Below, piece by piece: positions 59,649 to 64,000 of a stretch of DNA of 64,000 bases (positions within the stretch are counted from its first letter, which is position 1; each line of letters begins with the position of its first letter). This DNA is from an uncultured Acidobacteriota bacterium. Its GTDB lineage: Bacteria > Acidobacteriota > UBA6911. The stretch is from assembly GCA_963718845.1 (NCBI GenBank), contig CAVRAD010000017.1, positions 403,154 through 467,153 of the forward strand, read 5' to 3'. A program made the translations under genes and the position numbers. Below the pieces are notes generated by a model. It was not told the origin of the DNA and made no database searches. It saw nothing but the letters and a program-made list of their open reading frames with translations.

Positions 59649-60546
59649 CTACTGCTTCTGCAACTCCTCCAGAACGGCGAGCACAAGCCTTCCCGTTTTT
59701 TCCAGGCTTTCAGGGCTTATTTTGTCGAGAGAGTCTTCGAGTGTGTGGTGGTAGGAATTTCCCGGACCGTAATTAAGATCTATGATATCAACACTGGGGA
59801 TGCCGACATCCAAAAATGGCAGGTGATCGTCCTCCACTGCCGTCTGATAGGAAGACAGGATGGACTTAAGACCGATTTTGGCCGCAGTATCCCGCACCAA
59901 GTCCATAAGGCGTTTCGTAGAGTTTGTCTCATAGAAGATATCGAGATCCTTGTCGCCGATCATATCGAGCAGAATCAGAGCGCGAATCCTCGGAACAATC
60001 CCTTCCGCTTTCCAGCGTTGGGCCAGATGCCGGCTTCCATACGTGCTGTCAAACGTGCTCCATTCCACGAAGGCCTCTTCCCCATCCAGAAACACAAACC
60101 AATAATCGAGCGGATCCTTGTTTGCGGCAAGCACTCTGGCAAGTTCAAGCAGAAGGCCCGTACTGCTTCCTGCGTCGTTCGCGCCGACGAAGTTCTTGCC
60201 CTCCATCAGTTTGGTATCGTAATGGGTTGCCAGCACGATTGCGCCCTTCCGCCCTTCTCCTTTGCGCGCAATCAGGTTCTGCATTTGGATAGGGCCGTAG
60301 GGCGTCCCCGCAATGAATGTGTCTTTCTCAATCCCGTAGCCGAAACCGCGCATCTGCTGCTCGATATATTCGCGGCATTTCTGCAGTTTCGGCGATCCCG
60401 GAGGACGAGGGCCGAATGCCACCTGTGCCCGGACGTGTTCCATCGCCTTCTCACCGCTAAGTGCGGCGCGTTTCCGACGAAGCCCGCGGTTCACAGGCGC
60501 ATAAGACCATAACGATAGTAAGTGCCAGTCCGAGAGTAGAGCGCAT
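59649..60546 (-). CDS. M28 family metallopeptidase (glutaminyl-cyclase-like) lipoprotein, one frameshift near 60485
   Basis: GANDAGSSTGLLLELARVLA...WFVFLDGEEAF...LDMIGD. My translation finds the lipoprotein signal MRSTLGLALTIVMVLCAC in another frame starting at 60546. Confidence 0.75.
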
Positions 60547-60589
60547 GGTTCACTCCCTGTCCATGGAGGATACAGGAATGTCTACCAGC

Positions 60590-60668
60590 ATTCCAGATTC
60601 CGGATTCCAGATTCCATGATTTCCGATTGTATTTAGTTCGGAATTTCGGAATTTGGAATTTGGAATCG
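60590..60668. repeat. inverted heptamer arrays (ATTCCAG-type x about 4-5 / TTGGAAT-type x about 4)
   Basis: attccag attccgg attccag attccat ... cggaatt tcggaat ttggaat ttggaat, in a divergent spacer. Confidence 0.85.
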
Positions 60669-60774
60669 TTAAAAATTTGCCTGCTGCCGCAATTGCGACA
60701 GCCGTAAGGCTATGATAGTGTATCTTTTTCTTTTCGACCCATGCCCGCTTTTTCCTCCTGAAAGGAGAGCTTTT

Positions 60775-62869
60775 ATGAGGGTTTTTGAGAGTGATTCCAT
60801 TCGGAATATCTGCATGGTTGGCCATGGAGCCGCAGGCAAAACATCTTTGACGTCCGCAATATTATTCGATTCCGGTGCGGTCAATCGTCTGGCCCGTGTC
60901 GAAGACGGCAATACCGTCACCGACTGGGAAGATGAGGAGGTTGAACGCAAGATCAGTATCAGCTGTTCTTTGGCTCACTGCGAATGGAACAAGAAAAAAA
61001 TCAACATCCTGGACACTCCCGGCTTTCGGCCTTTCCTGGCCGAGACACGGCTTGCCCTGCGCGCTGCGGATGCGGCGGTAGTCGTGGTGGATGCGGTTGC
61101 AGGAGTCGAAGTGCAGACGGAGAAAGTATGGGAATTTTGCGACGAGTATTCCCTGCCCCGGATGATCGTGATCAACAAGCTCGACCGCGACAACGCGAGC
61201 AGCGAACGGAGCCTTGCATCCCTGGAAGAAGCTTTCGGCCGCGGCGCCGTACCTCTCCAGATACCTCTGGGCATGGAGCGGGATTTCAGCGGCGTCATCA
61301 GCATCGTCACGAACAAAGCCTACCGGTACGCGCGCGACGGCTCCGGTAAGTTTCAGGAAGAAGAAGTTCCGGCGCAATACAAGGACGAAGTGGCGAAGAT
61401 GCGCGACAAGCTGATCGAAATGGTCGCCGAAAGCAGCGACGCGCTCATGGAGAAATTCTTCGCCGAAGGCACGCTGGACCAGGCGGAACTTATCGAGGGG
61501 CTGAAAGCCAGCATCCTGCAGCGCATCCTGTTCCCTGTTTTCTATGCCAGCTCGACATTCAATGTCGGCATCGCACAGATCCTGGATGCTATTACGGATC
61601 TCTTCCCGTCCCCGGCAACCGTCGGCAAAGTCACAGCAACGGATCCCAAAACCAATCAGCCTGTGGAACGCGCCATATCGAGCAAGGAGCCGTACGCGGC
61701 CTATGTTTTCAAAACCATAGCGGATCCTTTTGCCGGACGCATAAGTCTCATCAAGCTTTATTCGGGAACCATGCGCTCCGATAGCACCTATCACAACCAG
61801 ACAAAAGGAAAGACCGAAAAGCTCGGGCCGCTGCAGATTCCGCAGGGCAAGACCATGATTCCCATCGGCGAAGCCCACGCGGGAGATTTCTTCGCCGTCA
61901 CCAAGCTCAGGGAAACCACTACGGGAGACACTCTGTGCGATCCGGCGCATCCAATCGTATTCTCCAGCGTCACCATCCCTGAACCATCCATCACTTTTGC
62001 CATGGAGCCCAAGAGCCGCGGAGATGAAGACAAGATCAGCAACGCCCTGGCACGCATTCTCGAAGAAGATGCCGCAATCAAATACAGTCGCGATCCCCAG
62101 ACCAAACAGCTCCTCCTCTCCGGTTCCGATCAGCTTCACGTTGAAGTGACGGTTTCGAAGCTGCGCAAGCGCTATGGCGTCGAAGTGATACTAAAGACTC
62201 CCAAAGTGCCGTATCGGGAAACCATCCGCGGGAAAGCGGATGTTCAAGGCCGGCACAAGAAGCAGACGGGCGGCCATGGGCAGTTTGGAGACTGCTGGAT
62301 CAAGATGGAACCACTGCCGCGCGGCGGGAAGTTTGAGTTTGCCAATGAAATTTTCGGCGGCTCTATTCCGCGCAATTTCGTACCGGCCGTTGAAAAGGGA
62401 ATTATTGAATCTGCCGCCAGGGGATATCTCGCAGGCTATCCCGTCGTCGACTTCAAGGTAATTCTTTATGACGGCAGCTATCACCCGGTGGACTCCTCCG
62501 AAATGGCGTTCAAAATTGCCGGAAGCCTGGCCTTCAAAAAGGCGATGGAAGAGGCGCAATCCTGTCCTTCTCGAGCCCATAATGAATGTGGAAATTTACG
62601 CGCCTCAGGAATATGCCGGAGCCCTTACGGGCGATCTTACCAGCCGCCGCGGCCGACTCCAGGGCATGGACGTCAAGCGAGACATTCAGATCATCAAGGC
62701 GCAGGTCCCCATGGCGGAAATGGTTTCCTACTCCCCGGTCCTCACTTCCGTAACCGGCGGCAGAGGCAGCTATCACATGGAGTTTTCCCATTACGACGAA
62801 GCTCCGTCGCACATAGCCCAGAAGGTTATCGAAGAAGCCAACAAAGACAGGAAACACGAGGAAGAATAG
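60775..62869 (+). CDS. elongation factor G paralogue (EF-G2-like), one frameshift near 62555
   Basis: MRVFESDSIRNICMVGHGAAGKTSLTSAIL..., DTPGF..., NKLDR..., HKKQTGGHGQFGD... The C-terminus is in ORF 62468..62869. It is not in an rpsL-rpsG-tuf context. Confidence 0.85.
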
Positions 62870-62875
62870 CGTCCG

Positions 62876-63670
62876 ATGTATCCTAAAATCCTGGATTTGG
62901 GCCCGATCACGATCCATACCTATGGCCTGTTGCTCGCCGCGGCCTTCATTGCCGGAATCTGGATTACCAGCCGCAATGCCAGGAAGGCAGGCATCCATCC
63001 GGATTTGACCTGGAACCTGGGGCTGATCGTCATTTTTTCAGCCCTGGTGGGCGCGAAGATCCTGCTGCTTCTCTCCGATTTCGAATATTACTCCCAGAAC
63101 TTTCGGGAGATTTTTTCGCTGGCGACACTTCGTTCCGCCGGAGTGTATTACGGCGGACTTCTGCTGGCATTGGCTGCAGCAGCGTGGTTTCTTATAAAGA
63201 AAACGCTTGCCCGCATGGCAGATGGCGGACTTCGCTGCTCCGGGGATCGCGCTGGGGCAGGCCATCGGCCGGTTGGGCTGCCTGTCCGCAGGCTGCTGCT
63301 ATGGCAAGCCGACTTACTATGCCATGGGGAATCACGTTCACTGACCCATACGCCTATAACAATGTCGGCGTTACACTGAATACACCGCTGCATCCGACGC
63401 AGATCTACGAATCGCTGGCAGCATTTGCACTGTTCCTGTTTCTGATGTGGCGTCTCCCAAGAAAACATGTGACCGGCCAGATAATTCTGGAGTATCTGAC
63501 GTCTGTATGCATTCCTGAGATTTGTGATTGAATTTTTCAGGAATGACGATCGTGGCTTTGTTCTCTACGGGCTTCTGTCAACATCGCAGTTCATCGCAAT
63601 TCTGACTATCCTTGGATCGGCCGTTATCTATTATTTCCTGACAGCGTCCAGGGAAGCTGGCACAAATTGA
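62876..63670 (+). CDS. lgt: prolipoprotein diacylglyceryl transferase, about three frame changes
   Basis: [20 protein letters not shown]..., reconstructed ...[20 protein letters not shown]...GITFTDP...[10 protein letters not shown]...[13 protein letters not shown]. Confidence 0.8.
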
Positions 63671-64000
63671 ACAAAAATATTGAATGCTGGAATGTTGGGC
63701 CGGATACGGCAAGGATTCGTCTTGATCAGTTTCTGGTCGAACGGATCTCCGGGGAGAGCCGTTCTCAAATCCAGATCTGGATCCGCAAGGGTTATTTGCG
63801 CGTAAACGGAGAGCATGTCAAAACCGGCTATCGGACAAAGCTCGGCGACAGGATCGAGCTGGAGATACCGGAGCATTTTTCTGACCAGCCCTTCCCTGAA
63901 GAAATCCCCCTGGACATCTTGTATGAGGATTCCGACCTTGCAGTTATTAACAAGCCGGCAGGTCTTGTCTGCCACACCGGAGCAGGCGTGCGCTCGGGGA
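63667..64000 (+). CDS. rluD: 23S rRNA pseudouridine synthase RluD family (partial, continues past window end)
   Basis: Own translation (TTG start): [68 protein letters not shown]...LDILYEDSDLAVINKPAGLVCH. This covers the S4 domain and the start of the catalytic domain. The minus-strand track ORF 63631..63975 is its shadow. Confidence 0.7.
   Translation, partial: MNKNIECWNVGPDTARIRLDQFLVERISGESRSQIQIWIRKGYLRVNGEHVKTGYRTKLGDRIELEIPEHFSDQPFPEEIPLDILYEDSDLAVINKPAGLVCHTGAGVRSG

Overview
Bacterial chromosomal window, mid GC by eye. I found no rRNA, tRNA, CRISPR array, transposase or integrase.

**Gene content**
- **1-21.9 kb: tetrahydromethanopterin/methanofuran-linked C1 island.**
  - It begins with a CitG-like gene.
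  - One tightly packed minus-strand operon runs ATP-grasp, fwdD, fwdB/fhcB, fwdA/fhcA, ftr/fhcD, fwdC/fhcC, mch, RimK-type ligase.
  - It also carries mtd, mptG, DUF447 and a DHPS-like gene.
  - The island is interrupted at 12.7-18.0 kb by a cytochrome c/beta-barrel fusion, a five-haem cytochrome and an orphan Mo-hydroxylase large subunit.
- **22-47 kb: mixed housekeeping and accessory genes.**
  - Housekeeping and repair: two hsp20, photolyase, SDR/DUF2867, an orphan nuoL-nuoM pair, coaE, epimerase, asnS, mqnA, dprA, topA.
  - Cofactor-like: a DmrB/AfpA-like flavoprotein and a nucleotidyltransferase-like protein.
  - Other: YVTN propeller, methyltransferase, GT-C membrane protein, CYTH, a kinase/dCMP-deaminase fusion, DUF1343/NamZ-like, HNH.
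- **47.96-57.98 kb: an 11-gene group-4 (energy-converting) [NiFe]-hydrogenase locus.**
  - It encodes three antiporter-like subunits and MrpB-, MrpC/NuoK- and NuoA-like subunits.
  - It also encodes a NuoB-like small subunit and a HycE-like fused NuoC-NuoD large subunit.
  - NuoH- and NuoI-like subunits and a HycI-type protease complete the set.
  - The large subunit keeps both Ni-binding CxxC motifs.
- **58-64 kb:** ICMT-like protein, a secreted hypothetical, an M28 lipoprotein peptidase, an EF-G paralogue, lgt and rluD (partial).

**Structure that gene calls do not explain**
1. A family of 7-8 nt tandem-repeat arrays, usually paired as inverted arms that would form long hairpins, fills more than a dozen intergenic spacers. 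The period is conserved but the unit sequence differs between loci.
2. A 58-bp palindromic element occurs twice, and there is a roughly 190-bp element bounded by inverted repeats (MITE-like).
3. About 50 single-base frame changes break otherwise well conserved genes, including topA, fusA and lgt. Their density is several-fold higher across the hydrogenase locus. I read them as assembly indels, not gene decay, and give full-length reconstructed gene spans.

All family assignments come from reading the translations by eye. No database search was run.
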